This document shows positions 24,840-39,000 of a stretch of DNA of 64,000 nucleotides, piece by piece (the first letter of the stretch is position 1; each line of letters begins with the position of its first letter). Under the pieces are notes generated by a model that saw only the letters and a program-made list of their open reading frames with translations, had not been told where the DNA came from and did no database searches. The translations under genes and the position numbers were made by a program. The stretch covers positions 73,842,001 through 73,906,000 of the forward strand of contig OZ024743.1 of assembly GCA_964016885.1 (NCBI GenBank), given 5' to 3'. Source of the DNA: Eledone cirrhosa. Taxonomy: Eukaryota.

Positions 24840-25772
24840 GTGTTTACTCCAGGGACATGCCTTTGTTGGCATTTATCACAACGATATTTGCTACATACAA
24901 TATTTTGTCTATTACCTTTGATGGTCCGGTCAGTATGTACAGGAAAGTCACATACAGTTGTTACAGTTTCTCCTTCAGTTACAGCCTGAGGGTGATGATT
25001 GTACCACTTGTCAGCAGCTTTGATTTTATAATTGTTTCTACTTTTGACACAAGGCCTGCACTTATTCCAGTGTATCACTGGTACTTTATTTTATCGGCCC
25101 CGTAAGGATGAAAGGCAAAGTTAACCTCGGCGGGATTTAAACTCAGATCATAAAGGTAATGCTGTCATATTATTAACGCCTGTAGATATTGGCCAACTCT
25201 ATCATGCCTTGATTTATCCTCTACTGGTGCTAAAACTTTACATCCTGATATTAAGTGGTCCACTGTTTCAATCTCATCAGTGCATAACCAGCAATTATGA
25301 TTTTCTCCATTTCTCATCACATTGGCCTAGTATTTCCGTATCAATGAGCTTTGATCTTGGGCAGATAAAATGAAGCCTTTGCTCTCTGCTTATATCCCAG
25401 ACCTACGTAGCCACTCATTGGGATGCTTCTGGTCAACATCAGCTAGTTTGCTACGGGCCACATATTTGCCAGACAGATGTTACTGCGCCCACTTTGATGC
25501 TAATTGTTCTTGCCCTTTTACTGTTGCCATTAATTTTCTGATCTTAGCAGCAATAGTTGTAACAGTTCTGTCAGTCTGTCCAACATGGATATCAATCATA
25601 AGATTGGTAGCATATTGTTTGTTCTACTTCAACATAAAATGAAGCTTCTTACTTCTCTCTCATGTTTTTCAACGAGTTTCAGCATCCAGTCGTCTGTTGT
25701 TTCAAGGTATTTAGCCAGTATAATTGTGGTGGCCTTGTAAGTTCAAATTGGATAAGGCCACGGCCCCCTTCA

Positions 25773-25775
<3 letters not shown>
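24840..25775 (-). mobile_element. Old degenerate RLE (Dong-like) fragment, interrupted by a SINE at ~25025-25155
   Basis: Minus strand gives EGGRGLIQFEL near 25770, E..GFILSAQDQSS near 25360, and DFPVHTDRTIKGNRQNIV near 24900-24950. Confidence 0.7.
25025..25155 (-). mobile_element. S1 SINE, 5'-truncated
   Basis: Reverse complement of the S1 central domain and tail. Confidence 0.8.
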
Positions 25776-25952
<177 letters not shown>

Positions 25953-27211
25953 ATTCCTTGAATCTCAGTCATTGATGTTGGTTAACTGGAAAGTCCGTTG
26001 GAATGAATATCAAGCCACTACCTGCAGCTTCAGATATTCAGGACGTATCGGAGGGTTCTTGCTGTTCCAAGCAAGCATGCCTTTTGAAGCGTTCCAAAAA
26101 GCGTGAAGGGGCCGATTTTCTTTAACCATCCCTGGAAACTTTTGGAGATAGTCCCCAGTGCGCCTATGACAATCGGGATCACTTTGACTTCATGGCAGTT
26201 CCAAATCCTTTTCACCTCCCACTTTAGGTCCTGGTATCGGTTAATTTTCTCCCTCTCCTTCTCTTGCACTCTCGTGTCGAAAGGGCAGGCCACATCCACA
26301 ATCAGACACGATCTTTTTTCTTTGTCCACAACCACCAGGTCAGGTCTATTGTGTTCCAGTTTTTTGTCCGTCTGTATCCTAAAATCCCACAGCACCTTCA
26401 CCTGATTGTTCTCCATCACCGCCTCTGGCCTATGCTCATACCATTTCTCAGAATGTGGTAAATTGTTTACTTTGCACAGGTGCCAGTGGATCACCCTGCC
26501 CATCACATCGTGTCTCCAGCCCTTATAGTGGGTCTGGGCTAGGTGTTTACACTCGGACACAATGTGAGCCACAGTCTCCTCTCTCTCTCCACAGATCATG
26601 CACAGTGGGCTAGCCTCCTCCTTGTAAATATGGTGCTTCAACCACTTCGTTTTGAGGGCCTGCTCCTGCGCAGCCATTAGCATTCCTTCTGTAGCCTTTT
26701 TGAGGTCTCCTCTTCTCAACCAGTTCCATGTCTGTGGATCTCTAAATTCAGTTTTCTCAAAGAAGGTACTATGAAGGGATTTTCCCTTAAGGCTGCTCTT
26801 CCTCCTTGATGTTATTTCCTCCTTGGACATCCCCTGGCCTACTGTCCCCTCCTTCAGTACAGTTCTGAGCATTGGCTCCTTACTATAGGTCACGTATTTG
26901 TATAGGTTGTTTTTCTCCATCTGAACACAGTCCTCTATGCTGATAAGACCTCTTCCACCCTCAGATCTCCTTAGGTAGAGTCTATCGACATCACTCCTCT
27001 TGTGGAACATGTTGTAGATAGTCAATAGCTTCCTAGTCTTCCTATCCATTTCTTTTTGTTCAGCAACATTCCATCTCAGAATTCCCGCACTGTACCTAAT
27101 AATAGACACAGCTCGGGAATTTACTGCGCTTATGGCATTTCTGCTGTTCAGATGTGATTTCAATACGCTCCTTACTCTCCGAATGTATTCAGTTCTTAAC
27201 AATTCCTTCAT
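25953..27211 (-). mobile_element. 5'-truncated Dong/R4-like RLE LINE (family Dong-B) in (TAA)n
   Basis: Uninterrupted reading frame to 26030: EGGRGL, CMIC..HIVSEC, RHD, RPD..DVACP..K..Y; TAA repeats on both sides. Confidence 0.92.
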
Positions 27212-27226
27212 TATTATTATTATTAT

Positions 27227-29146
27227 TTGCATTTATCTTGCTTTATGTTCATACGAGTTATCACCAAGTCACAACCAGTGACCTCAAGAGACAACAAGGT
27301 CCGCCATGTTCAAGAAAGAACATACACACTCACACATGCATCTTTAGTGTTTAGACTTGTGATGTACTTATATTGACAGAATCTTCCTTAGTATATGGGC
27401 AGTTCCCATTAGTACTATCTTTTGTATTTCTCCTATACGCGGGTTTCCTGGGATTTGCGATAAGTAATCATTAGACCCCTTAGGTATCATTCCCAGAGCG
27501 CCTACAACCACTGGTATTGTTTTAGTTCTCAATTTCCACATTTTTCCAATTTCTATCTCCAGGTCCTTATACTTGCTCAATTTTTCAAATGTTTTTATAG
27601 ATACATTCTTGTCTATTGGAACAGACATATCAATTAGCAGCCATACCCTCTTTTTAAAGTCCTTCAATATTATATCAGGTCTATTTGCATCTATTTTTCG
27701 GTCTGTTTGGATGCTAAAGTTCCACAAGATTGAGATGTGATCTTTTTCAAGTATGGGAGGTGGTTGATGCTCCCACCAATTCTTTTGATGGGGCAGGTCA
27801 AAATGCTTACACATTATCCAATGTATGTATTGTGCAGCTCTGTCATGCCTGTTTAGGTATTCGGTTGGAGCTATAGGACTGCACATTGAAATTATATGGT
27901 CAATGGTCTCTGGTTGTTTTTGCATACACGGCATAATGGGCTGCATCCATTTTTTATTATGTTGGCTTGGTAATTTTTTGTTGGCAGACACTGATCTTGT
28001 GCTGATATAATCAGTCCTTCAGTCTCCGATTTCAGTCCAGAGGAAGCCAACCACTGATGGGTTAAAGTTTTGTCAACATCAGGATTGTTAGCTCGCTCTG
28101 GGTATTTTCCATACAGAGGCTTTTCTTGCCATTTCTTAGCCAGTTTCTGTAGCAGTTCTTTCTTTGCAGTTACTTTTACCTGCTTTGCCTTTTCTGTGTT
28201 TTCCATTTCAGCAGTAAATGGGACTTCTGAAATTTGTAGTCCATTACTGTATCTTTGTGCATCTTTTGTAATGGAATATGATCTTTTGATGCTTTCGTGT
28301 TTCAAAACGAGTTTGATCATCCAATCATGTGATTCCCTTAGATATGTAGATAATCCAATTGTTGCAGTTTTCAACGCATAATCCAATTGTTGCAGTTTTA
28401 ACTGGATTAACCCACGTCCTCCTTCTTTCCTAGGGAGATATATTCTATCTATATCTGCCTTAGGGTGATGCATTCTGTGCATGATTAAGAATTTTCGAAT
28501 TTTTGTATCGAGCCTACGGATCTCTGTGCTTGACCAGTTGATGACATTGTAACTGTAGGTTACTACTGGTATGGCAAGCGTGTTTATGGCATCGATCCTA
28601 TTCCTTGCATTCAATTCCGTTCTTAAGATTGCTCTTACTCTGCGGTAACATTCCTTCCTTATCCTTTCCCTCATTGTCGAGTGCTTGATTCCGTCTCCTT
28701 CACAAACACCTAGATATTTGTAAGTTTTTTCTTGATCAAGTTCTGTTATCACGTTCCCCCGATCAAGATTAATGTCTGAACTCTTCAGCAGCTTTCCTCT
28801 GGTGAACGTTGCTTTGGCGCATTTATCTAGTCCAAACTCCATTTTAATGTCATCAACGAACTGCTCCACAGTGGATAATAGCCCTTGCAATTGTTCATCA
28901 TTTTTTGCAAATAGTTTAAGGTCATCCATGTAGAACAGGTGATTAATGGTTTTGTCATAGACTTTATATCCATGTTTTGTTTCATTGAGCATTTAACTTA
29001 ATGGTATAACTGCGATGCAGAGTAAAAGCGGTGATAAAGAGTCACCCTGAAAAATTCCACAATTAATATTAACTTCTCCAGCTTCCAGTGATTTTGTTTC
29101 ACTATTCAAAAGGAGTGTCGTTTTCCATGTCTTCATACTGAATGAC
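27227..29146 (-). mobile_element. 5'-truncated Dong/R4-like RLE LINE (family Dong-A), frameshifted
   Basis: YMDDLKL, EGGRGL, CRVC..HIISMC, RPD; nearly identical to 60298-62284; (TAA)n flanks. Confidence 0.93.
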
Positions 29147-29149
29147 TGA

Positions 29150-29210
<61 letters not shown>

Positions 29211-29425
29211 GGCGACCTACGTAGTAAATCGTATTATCGTGAGCTCCGCAAATGTTTGTTATTTTCAGTTGTTTAAAATTGCCATTTATGAAAATTTTTT
29301 ATTGTTATCTGTATATAAGTGCACATACATTCTTTTCTAAACAGCACACTCAAAAAGATTAGGGCCTTGAGCCCAAAATTTAAACTTTTATAATTATTTA
29401 AAAAAAAAAAATTCTTTGAAAAATC

Positions 29426-31330
29426 ATGGCCGGCTTACAGCTGAACCCAGTAGCTGAGAGCCTTACTCACAAACTAACACCTCACACCGACACCACCATT
29501 GTAAATATTACCTCGTTTGCCAACACTAAAAATATAAGCAGTAGCAATATTTTAAATTTGTCTCAGGCAGACAGTCATTTCCCGCCATTACCAATGACTG
29601 CAGGTGTTAAAGCCGCCAGCCCCACCCCCACCACAGCGACAACAGAAACAAAAGAAAAGAATAAATTAACTCGTGATATCGAAATGAATTCAACCAAAAT
29701 GAACTCTTCCACACCGAACACCAGTGACGCCACCACCACCACAACTGAAACTAAAATTAACAATAACAAAAATAAAGATAACAACAACAGCAACAATGAA
29801 ATTAAGAAAACTACCCAGAGTTTTGCGAGAGTAGCAAAAACGTGCGAAGCGATCCAGGTAACTCAGGAGGAATTAGAAGAAGCCAACAGAATGGTAAAGA
29901 AAGATGGATACAGGGTCAGCCCCCCCCCTCCCCCGCCTAATAAAATGGAGCATCGGCGCCTATGCACCGTGTCTTATCGGACGATTAACATAAAATCGCG
30001 CCGAGTGGAACGGGCATCCGAGTCCCAAATCCAAAAAGCTTTGGGACATGTGTGGGCAAAACAACCCCACATCAGACGTGGGCAGAAATATGGAACCGTG
30101 GACGTGTTCTTTGAAACACCACAGGAAGTAAGAGAACACTCCATGGCCCCATTAAGAAGTGACGACTTCACACTCGTCCCAAGCTATTGTGGCCAGAGAC
30201 TCGTGAAGATCAGGGTGACCCACGTTCCACCGGCCATCGAAATTACCTGGCTAATGGCTGCCGTCCTCGCCGACATGGAGGCCACCACCAAGATAATCGA
30301 AATAGCGAAAGAAAAGCAGGAGAACTAGTCCGGATCTGGGATGGAGCTCCTGATCCAAGCGGACCAAAAAAGCATTGAGGAGATCCCAGAGCTAATAGAT
30401 CTCACTGACGGCAGCCACTACACCGCAATCGTCGAGGGCAGAAGGCGTAGGTGTGTCGTTTGTGGTGAAGGAACCCACCTAAGGGCTTTCTGCCTCAGGC
30501 TAAAAGGTTGAGGCCACCTCTCTTACCCACCCCAGTGACTCAACCATCAACACCACCAGCAGCAGAGATGGCAGCAACAACTGTAGCAGCAACAACAGAA
30601 GCAACTGTAACAGCAACAACCCCAGCAACAATACCAAAATCAACACCACCACCACCCAACGCACCAGAACTGGCACCAGCGCCTACACCAGCCACCACGC
30701 CACAACCAAAACCAACGCCTGTGGAGGAATTTCCACTCCCCGGCCTATCACAACTGGAGACAGATTGTGACGACTAGGAGTGGGAAACGGTATCAGGAAA
30801 AAAGAAAAAAAGAAACCAAAAGAGAAAAAATTCTTATCCCTCCTCCTCCCAAAACAAAATACAGAGGGAAACAAATAAACTATCAAACAAAAAAGTTAGG
30901 ACAGATATGCCACAATCCACACTAGCATCACCAACCCCATCACCACAAACACCAACACCACAAAAGTCACCAAAAAGCGAAACAGAAACAAACCAACAAC
31001 AAACGCAAACAAAACAAAACAACCAAAACGATACACACTACACAGCATTAAATTTGAACAACAACCAATTGTTACACTACATCCAACACAACACCAGTAT
31101 CACAGAAAAAGACTACACAACAACCCAAAAGTTCACACCACCTCCACACATACAAATCACTCGCATCACACAGAAAACGCACACGACACTAAAACAAAAA
31201 TTCCCCAAAAGACATCGGAGACTTCCGACAAGCACTCTCCAGGAGGATTTATAAGGAAATCCTTCCGGAGGAGGCCACATGCAGTGAAAAGGATTGAGAA
31301 ACCATCCTTCCTCTACGAGAAGTAAGGTAA
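29426..31330 (+). pseudogene. Tx1-A ORF1 (Asn/Thr-rich, zinc knuckle), with stops and frameshifts
   Basis: ORF pieces 29426-30328, 30508-30777 and 30907-31254 are collinear with the minus-strand copy at 58140-60000. Confidence 0.8.
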
Positions 31331-31364
31331 GTGGTCTTTTCCATCTTTTCCACTCCATTTCAAC

Positions 31365-34300
31365 ATGACCTCACTCAGAATAGGCAGCATAAATGCGCGT
31401 GGCTTGGGGTCGTCATGGAAGCAGGGCCACCTGCTCAACGACCTCAGGTCACTAAACATAGATGTAGTGGCCATCAGCGAGACCAGAATCTCCAAAGCAC
31501 GGGCCTTCGCACCGATCTTAGGCGGCTACGATGTGTACGCATCTCCCAGCCGTCCTGGATCGGAGGAGAGTTGCTGTGCTTTTTCGGAGAGGTTTGGATC
31601 TCGCCATATGGGCCATCTTCCTGGACCCAGAAGGTAAGTTGGTGGTGCTGGACGTGACCAGCGGAGACAGGCAAGCTTTCAGGCTAGTGGCCGTCTATGC
31701 CCCAACAGGAGCAGGGCGGCCTGATTTCTTCCGGCGTCTGGAGACCTTTCTTGGAACGTCCCGCTCTTTAGTGTTAGTGGGCGACTGGAACGGGATCTTA
31801 GATGCACGCTCGGACTGTGTGGGATTAGCGGATAGGGGAGGAGGGTGCAAGAGCCTCACCAACCTGCTCAGGCGTTTTGAACTGCCTGACAGGTACCGAT
31901 TGGATTTCCCGAATGTGCCAATGTGGACTTGGAGAAATCGTATAGGGTCATCCAGATCATATCGAGATAGAGTATTTTGTAGGGAAATAGATACGTCTAG
32001 CATAGGCTGTCCACCACTCAAGATAGTCAGCTACACGTACCACAAATTCGTGATCTGTGTGCTTGACTTAGATAGGCTTCATAGACGAGGACCCGGCTAC
32101 TGGAAGCTAAATGCGTCCTTACCAGCGCGCAAGGCCTACAGAGACCGGATTAGCGAACTAGTTACGGGCGTTGACGGGGGCCATCGTCAACAAGTGGTGG
32201 TTTGCTCTGAAAAGAGCGATTAGAATAGAGTCCATTTGGTTTAGTAAGGCTTTAGCAATAGAGAAAAATAGAGCAGAGGGAGAACTAGTTAGAAAATTAG
32301 ACGAGGCGCTTAGCAAAGGCATCGCCACCGACGTACTTGCGGCGAAATTGGCCCTTGACCTATTCTTCAATGCAAAGCACGAAGGCTGCGTAGTCAGAGC
32401 TAGAGTGCATGCTCTCAGACACGAGGGAACGAAAGCCGTTCAATGGGCCCGAGTAGCGGAGGTACGTCGTGGCAACAAAGCCACGATCCGGTCTTTGGTG
32501 GACCACGACGGGTGCATGCTACTCGATCCCGGGAAAATGTGTGAAGCTTTCCAGCGATACTTCGCCCAGCTGTTCGGGGGCAGCGGCGGGCCGGATCGAG
32601 GGATGGACTTTAGTGTCTACATCGACGGACTGCCGCCGCACTCAGCCACTGAGGCGGAGGGTTGCGAAAGCCGATAACAGCCGCTGAAGTACGGGAGGCA
32701 ATGACTGGCTGCACAAGGGGTAAATCGCCAGGTTTGGATGGTCTGCCCTATGAACTTTACGTACAGATGCCAGACTTGTTCGGAGGCCTCTTGGAGGGCG
32801 TCTACTGCAACTGGCAACAGAACGGGAGAATTCCCAGCTCTGTGATCCGAGGAACTGTGGAGCTGCTGAGAAAGGATCCGAACAAGGGGGATAACATAGA
32901 TAATTTCAGACCCATAACTGCTAAACACAGAGTTCAAGATTTTGGCCAAGGTGCTGTCAAAGAGGTTGGCGCTTGTCGTTGGTGGTCTGGTGGGAGAGGC
33001 GCAGACATGCACCATTCCCGACAGATCCATCCACGACAACCTCCACCTAATGCGATACATCGTAGAGAGGGTAGCTAGGGAACCTGGCACGGGTGGGTCC
33101 TTGATCAATTTAGATCACTCGAAAACTTTCGATAGGGTCGACCATCGTTACCTAACGGCAGTCCCGAGGGCGGCTGGCTTTGGGCCCGTCTTCAGAGGCT
33201 GGATCGCTGCCATGCATAGCGACATCTGCTCTGTGGTGAGAGTGAACGGTCACCTTTCGGAACCGTTCAACATCATGCTCTCGGTCCGCCAAGGATGTCC
33301 CCTCTCGTCCCTCTTGTACGTATTGACTCTCGAGCCATTACTGCACAAACTGGTACGTTGAGGGGGGTCCCGCGCGAAGTAGGATGCGGAAGATCCGTGT
33401 CAGCATATGCAGACGATGTCACCGTAGTGGTGTCAAACGCCAAATACATCGAGGCGATCGGCACTACACTAAGAGAATACGAAGCGGTGACAGGAGCAAT
33501 GATCAACCAGGAGAAGTTAGTGGGCCTGCAGCTTGGCACGTGGAGAGGCAGGTCCATGCCGTCCAACAGCGTCGTCGGGCGCTGGACGGACCGGTTAAAT
33601 TGCTAGGGGTCTGGTTCGGTCTAGACCTCCAGGCGGACAAAAACTGGGACGAGGTGACGAGCAGGGTGGCTTCTCTCACCCAGAAATGGGCGGAGAAAAG
33701 CAATCCCTGAAAGGTCGAGCGGAGGTGGCTAACGCGTACATCGCGTCCGTCATCTACTACCACCTGACCGTCGTACCTTGTCCTAAGCCCCGCCTGACTG
33801 CGCTGGAGCGTTTGCTCTTTCGCATTTTGTGGAAGGGACGTGCTCCGATTGTCAGGCGGTCCATCTGCTGTCAACACCCGCTACGTGGAGGGCTGGGCAT
33901 GCCGTGGCTGATGATGCAGAGACACGCGCTCAGGCTACGACATCTCCACCTCTTCCTCGACGGTGATCAGGTGTGGTCGCCGTTTGCTAGACGCGTCTTT
34001 CCCCAGCTCGTCTCCTTGACGGAGCTGCAGTCCTGGTTCAAGCGAAGACCGAGAGGGAGCGCTTGGAGACTGGAATGTCTTCAGGCGCTCACAGCCCTCG
34101 ACCAATCGGGCAATGTGATCAGTGGAAACTCCACCTTGGCGTTCTATAGAGGATTAGTGGAGGGGAAGAGCGACGACGTACTTGGAGAATTTATAGGCGT
34201 CGACGAAAATCAACTAGCCAATCTTTTCGGAAGAACTTTCGGGCTGGGCCTATGGACAACTTCTAGAAATCCCTGGCCTGGCAGTGCTACCGAGGAGCTT

Positions 34301-34760
34301 TGCCAGTTCGGGATAAACTCTACAGGCATGGAGGTGCCGTCAGCCGGGCATGTCCGAGATGCGCGCAGGGTGACGAAACCGTCCGGCAAGCACTCTTCAG
34401 TGTCCGAGCATTGCTAACTTGTGGGTTTATGTCGAACACCTGTTGTCACGTGTAGGACGGATCCAGCTATCAGCTGAGTCCATCGTAAGGATTGCCCCGC
34501 CCGCCTCCTTTAGCCGGGAAGGGCAGGCAGTTTTTATCTGTCTGGTGGCCATGGCAAAAGAGATAGTATGGTGGACACGTTTGAAAGGGCTGAAGACGAG
34601 CACCTACCTCTTCGGTGATGCCCTGATTAACTTTTTCAAATTTCATTTGAAAAGGAAAATCAGGGTAGAGAGGGAAGTGCTCTCTTCCCAGCATTTTGTT
34701 GAAAGATGGGTGAGAGAAGCAAGTATGGCCCGAGTGAATGGGCCTACTCTGAGTATGTGA
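31365..34760 (+). pseudogene. Tx1-A ORF2 (APE endonuclease-RT-zinc finger), frameshifted
   Basis: ORF pieces at 31365, 31531, 32171, 32662, 32942, 33295, 33686 and 34419 carry ordered L1/Tx1 motifs. Confidence 0.9.
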
Positions 34761-35012
34761 CTGTAAATTAAAGGTGGAAAACTGGGAGAGGGCACTTGGC
34801 TTGGTGGCCAGGTTCCCTGTGGCTTTTAATGGGCTTTCTCCACAAATGTCCCTCGGAAGTCTCCCCCCTATTGGGGAATCTTTTCATTGTTATCTTTTGT
34901 TACATCCTCTGTTTTTTGTGTTTTTACACGCAGAAATGCCCATTTGTCCTGTATTGTCCTGTACTGTCCTTAATGTCTACTTTATGTAAACCCTTGTGGT
35001 TAATAAAGAAAG

Positions 35013-35065
<53 letters not shown>

Positions 35066-35066
<1 letters not shown>

Positions 35067-36489
35067 AGTTGCATTTATCTTGCTTTATGTTCATACGAGT
35101 TATCACCAAGTCACAACCAGTGACCTCAAGAGACAACAAGGTCCGCCATGTTCAAGAAAGAACATACATATTCACACATGCATCTTTAGTGTTTAGACTT
35201 GTGATGTACTTATATTGACAGAATCTTCCTTAGTATATGGGCAGTTCCCATTAGTACTATCTTTTGTATTTCTCCTATACGCGGGTTTCCTGAGATTTGC
35301 GATATGTAATCATTAGACCCCTTAGGTATCATTCCCAGAGCGCCTACAACCACTGGTATTGTTTTAGTTCTCAATTTCCACATTTTTCCAATTTCTATCT
35401 CCAGGTCCTTATACTTGCTCAATTTTTCAAATGTTTTTATAGATACATTCTTATCTATTGGAACAGACAGATCAATTAGCAGGCATACCCTCTTTTGAAA
35501 GTCTTTCAATATTATATCAGGTCTGTTTGCATCTATTTTTCGGTCTGTTTGGATGCTAAAGTTCCACAAGATTGAGATGTGATCTTTTTCAAGTATGGGA
35601 GGTGGTTGATGCTCCCACCAATTCTTTTGATGGGGCAGGTGAAAATGCTTACACATTATCCAATGTATGTATTGTGCAGCTCTGTCATGCCTGTTTAGGT
35701 ATTCGGTTGGAGCTATAGGACTGCACATTGAAATTATATGGTCAACGGTCTCTGCTTGTTTTTTGCATACACGGCATAATGGGCTGCACCCATTTTTTAT
35801 TATGTTGGCTTGGTAATTTTTTGTTGGCAGACACTGATCTTGTGCCGATATAATCAGTCCTTCAGTCTCCGATTTCAGTCCAGAGGATGCCAACCACTGA
35901 TGGGTTAAAGTTTTGTCAACATCAGGATTGTTAGCTCGCTCTGGGTATTTTCCATACAGAGGCTTTTCTTGCCATTTCTTAGCCAGTTTCTGTAGCAGTT
36001 CTTTCTTTGCAGTTACTTTTACCTGCTTTGCTTTTTCTGTGTTTTCCATTTCAGCAGTAAACGGGACTTCTGAAATTTGTAGTCCATTACTGTATCTTTG
36101 TGCATCTTTTGTAATGGAATATGATCTTTTGATGCTTTCGTGTTTCAAAACGAGTTTGATCATCCAATCATGTGATTCCCTTAGATATGTAGATAATCCA
36201 ATTGTTGCAGTTTTCAACGCAATGTCTAACTGGATTAACCCACGTCCTCCTTTCCTAGGGAGATATATTCTATCTATATCTGCCTTAGGGTGATGCATTC
36301 TGTGCATGGTTAAGAATTTTCGAATTTTTGCATCGAGCCTACGGATCTCTGTGCTTGACCAGTTGATGACATTGTAACTCTAGGTTACTACTGGTATGGC
36401 AAGCGTGTTTATGGCATCGATCCTATTCCTTGCATTCAATTCCGTTCTTAAGATTGCTCTTACTCTGCGGTAACATTCCTTCCTTATCC

Positions 36490-36491
<2 letters not shown>
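35066..36491 (-). mobile_element. Dong-A RLE LINE, 5'-truncated
   Basis: 365-aa ORF 35210-36307 with CCHC and RLE; same 3' UTR as other Dong-A copies; (TAA)n flanks. Confidence 0.93.
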
Positions 36492-36554
<63 letters not shown>

Positions 36555-36560
36555 CTTCAT

Positions 36561-37713
36561 GTGGATAAGAATTTGGACGCGGTGACGTGGAGGGATGGTC
36601 ATGCTGTGGCTAATGATGCGCAGACATGCGCTGAAGCTGCGGCATCTCCAGATATTCTGCCTAAATGGTGAACAGGTGTGGTCGCCATTTGTCAGACAGG
36701 CCTTTCCCCAGTTCGTCTCTTTGACTGAGCTGCAGTCAAGAAGAGACAGAGACTGGGTGACTGGCATCTGGAATGTTGCCAGGCATTCACTTCCCTCTAC
36801 CAGGCGGGCAATGCGGTCAGTGGAACTTCTACTCTCGAGTTCTATACAGGATTAGTGGTGGGAAAGTGCGATGACGCACCCGGAGAGGCTCTGGGAGTCG
36901 ATGAAGTCGAACTAACCAGTCTATTCCGGAGGACTTTTGAGCTGGGGACAATGGATAATTTCCAAAAATCCCTCACTTGGTAATGCTACCGGGGGGCACT
37001 GACGGTTCGAGATAAACTTTACAGGCACAGAAGTTCTGTCAGACGGACCTGCCCGAGATGCGCGCAAAGCGACGAAACCGTTCTGCACGCACTCGTCCAG
37101 TGTCTGTGCATTAGTGACTTGTGGAGTTATGTCGAACAACTGTTGTCGCGTGTAGAACAGATCCGGCTATCGGCCGAGTCCATAGTGAAGATCAACCCGC
37201 CACCTTCTTTTGGCCAGGAAGAGCAGGCATTTTTTATCTGTCTGGTGGCAATAGCGAAAGAGGTTGTATGGTTGACCAGGTTGAAACGATTGGAGACAGA
37301 CACTTTTCTCTTCGGCCAATCCCTCATCAACTTTTTCAAGTTTCACCTGGAAAGGAAGGTGGGGGTGGAGAGAGAAGTCCCCCCCCCCAATACATTTTCT
37401 GAAAGGTGAATGTGGCGAGAATGGCTCGTGTTAGTGGGCCTACTCTGATCATGCGCCTGCAGGTTGGTGAATTTGAGGAGAGGGTTGCCCTTCCCGGGTG
37501 CTCTCAAACGTCGGGTGGTTCATGATTGGTGGGGTATCTGAGTCAACCCTGGGTGGTTATCCCCCCCTATTGGGGAATTTTTCATTGTTCTATTTTTCTT
37601 GTTATTTTGTTACTGTTATTTATATTTTTACACGTTTTATATGTAAGCCTCCACTGTCCCTGTCTAGTGTATCGTCCCCCATATGTTGGCCCTTGTGGCC
37701 AATAAATGAAACC
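36561..37713 (+). mobile_element. Tx1-B 3' fragment
   Basis: Homologous to 17657-19101 and 46073-47400; ends GAAACC^ATTATT. Confidence 0.88.
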
Positions 37714-37866
37714 ATTATTATTGTTGTTGTTGTTGTTGTTTCAGATGATCCCGCTTAGGGTAAAAGCAGAAATTCTTTGTTTAACTTTTAATCTGTACTA
37801 ATTATAAATATTTGCTCTACAGATTTATATATACTTACACAACATTTATTGAGTCCTCTTTGTATT

Positions 37867-38004
<138 letters not shown>

Positions 38005-38817
38005 CTTATTTAAATCTGTTTACTATAACATAATTTTTTAATAAATTCCAATTCATCTTTAAAACACCAATTGTAAAGATATTCAGAATATTTTATTTAG
38101 AAATGGTAAGAAAAAGTTTAGAATAAAAACATGCCTGAGGAATTCGCTATACTTAATGAGCACTTAAGTGAATATCTTAATTGGATACATACGCTATGCC
38201 TATGAGGATTTGAAAACATCACAGGTAAATCTTGATTGAGGTCTGTTTGATTAGTTACTTCCTTTAGTAAACCAAAGATCAAAGTTGCATATCAACTGAA
38301 ATTGACATTGTCTCATAGATTGAAAGAGCCCAGATCATTCAGTTGACCTTGTGGCGTGAATTGTTGTCGTAATGAAGATGATATACTTGGAAAATCAGCC
38401 TGATAATTAGAAGAATAAGAAGTGTGGTGAAATGAGGAGTGTGTGGGTTTGGATATGGAAGATGAAATGTAAGATACTAAGAGGTAGATAAACAATGAGA
38501 AACAGTGTACAACAATAACTTCGCTCCACCATTGCGCATGTTCAGTTGTATAAGTCATTTGTAGTTTTATGTAGGCATGTGTTTAATTGTTTAAACGTTG
38601 GAAGATGAAAAATAAACTCACATCACATCACAAACATGTAATCTCGCCGAAGAAACTTAATATATTTTACTACATTTTTGTGAGATTTCTCATGGGTTTT
38701 ATTATGTTTATCAATAAAATGTGTTAAATATTGAGGGGTTCGTAATACGTTGTATTTAACTGAATCCAACTGAAAATATGTATACAATTTTCATTATGTA
38801 AATCAATATAAGAGGGT

Positions 38818-39000
38818 TGTGGATTGGGACTATCAGTAGAGCGTTGGACAACATGATTTGTGGCATAGAGTTATGGCACTTTACGGTCTGAGTTCTGACG
38901 AGGGTGGCTTTGCCTTTCATCCTTATGAGATCGATAACATTAAGCACCATTAATGCACTGAGGTCGATTTAATCGACTTTCCCCTACTTTAAATCAGAAA
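38818..39000 (+). mobile_element. Diverged S1-related SINE
   Basis: GGATTGGGACTATCAGTAGAG..CTGAGTTC..TTTGCCTTTCATCC..TCGATAA. Confidence 0.65.

Larger units (their letters stand above)
29211..35013 (+). mobile_element. Full-length Tx1-like LINE (family Tx1-A), decayed, inserted in (TTA)n
   Basis: ORF1 from 29426 with zinc knuckle CVVCGEGTHLRAFC; ORF2 from 31365 with APE (SINARGL, ISET, VYAP, GDWN), RT (KSPGLDGLP, RQGCPLS, YADD) and zf-RVT; AATAAA 3' end. Confidence 0.93.
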
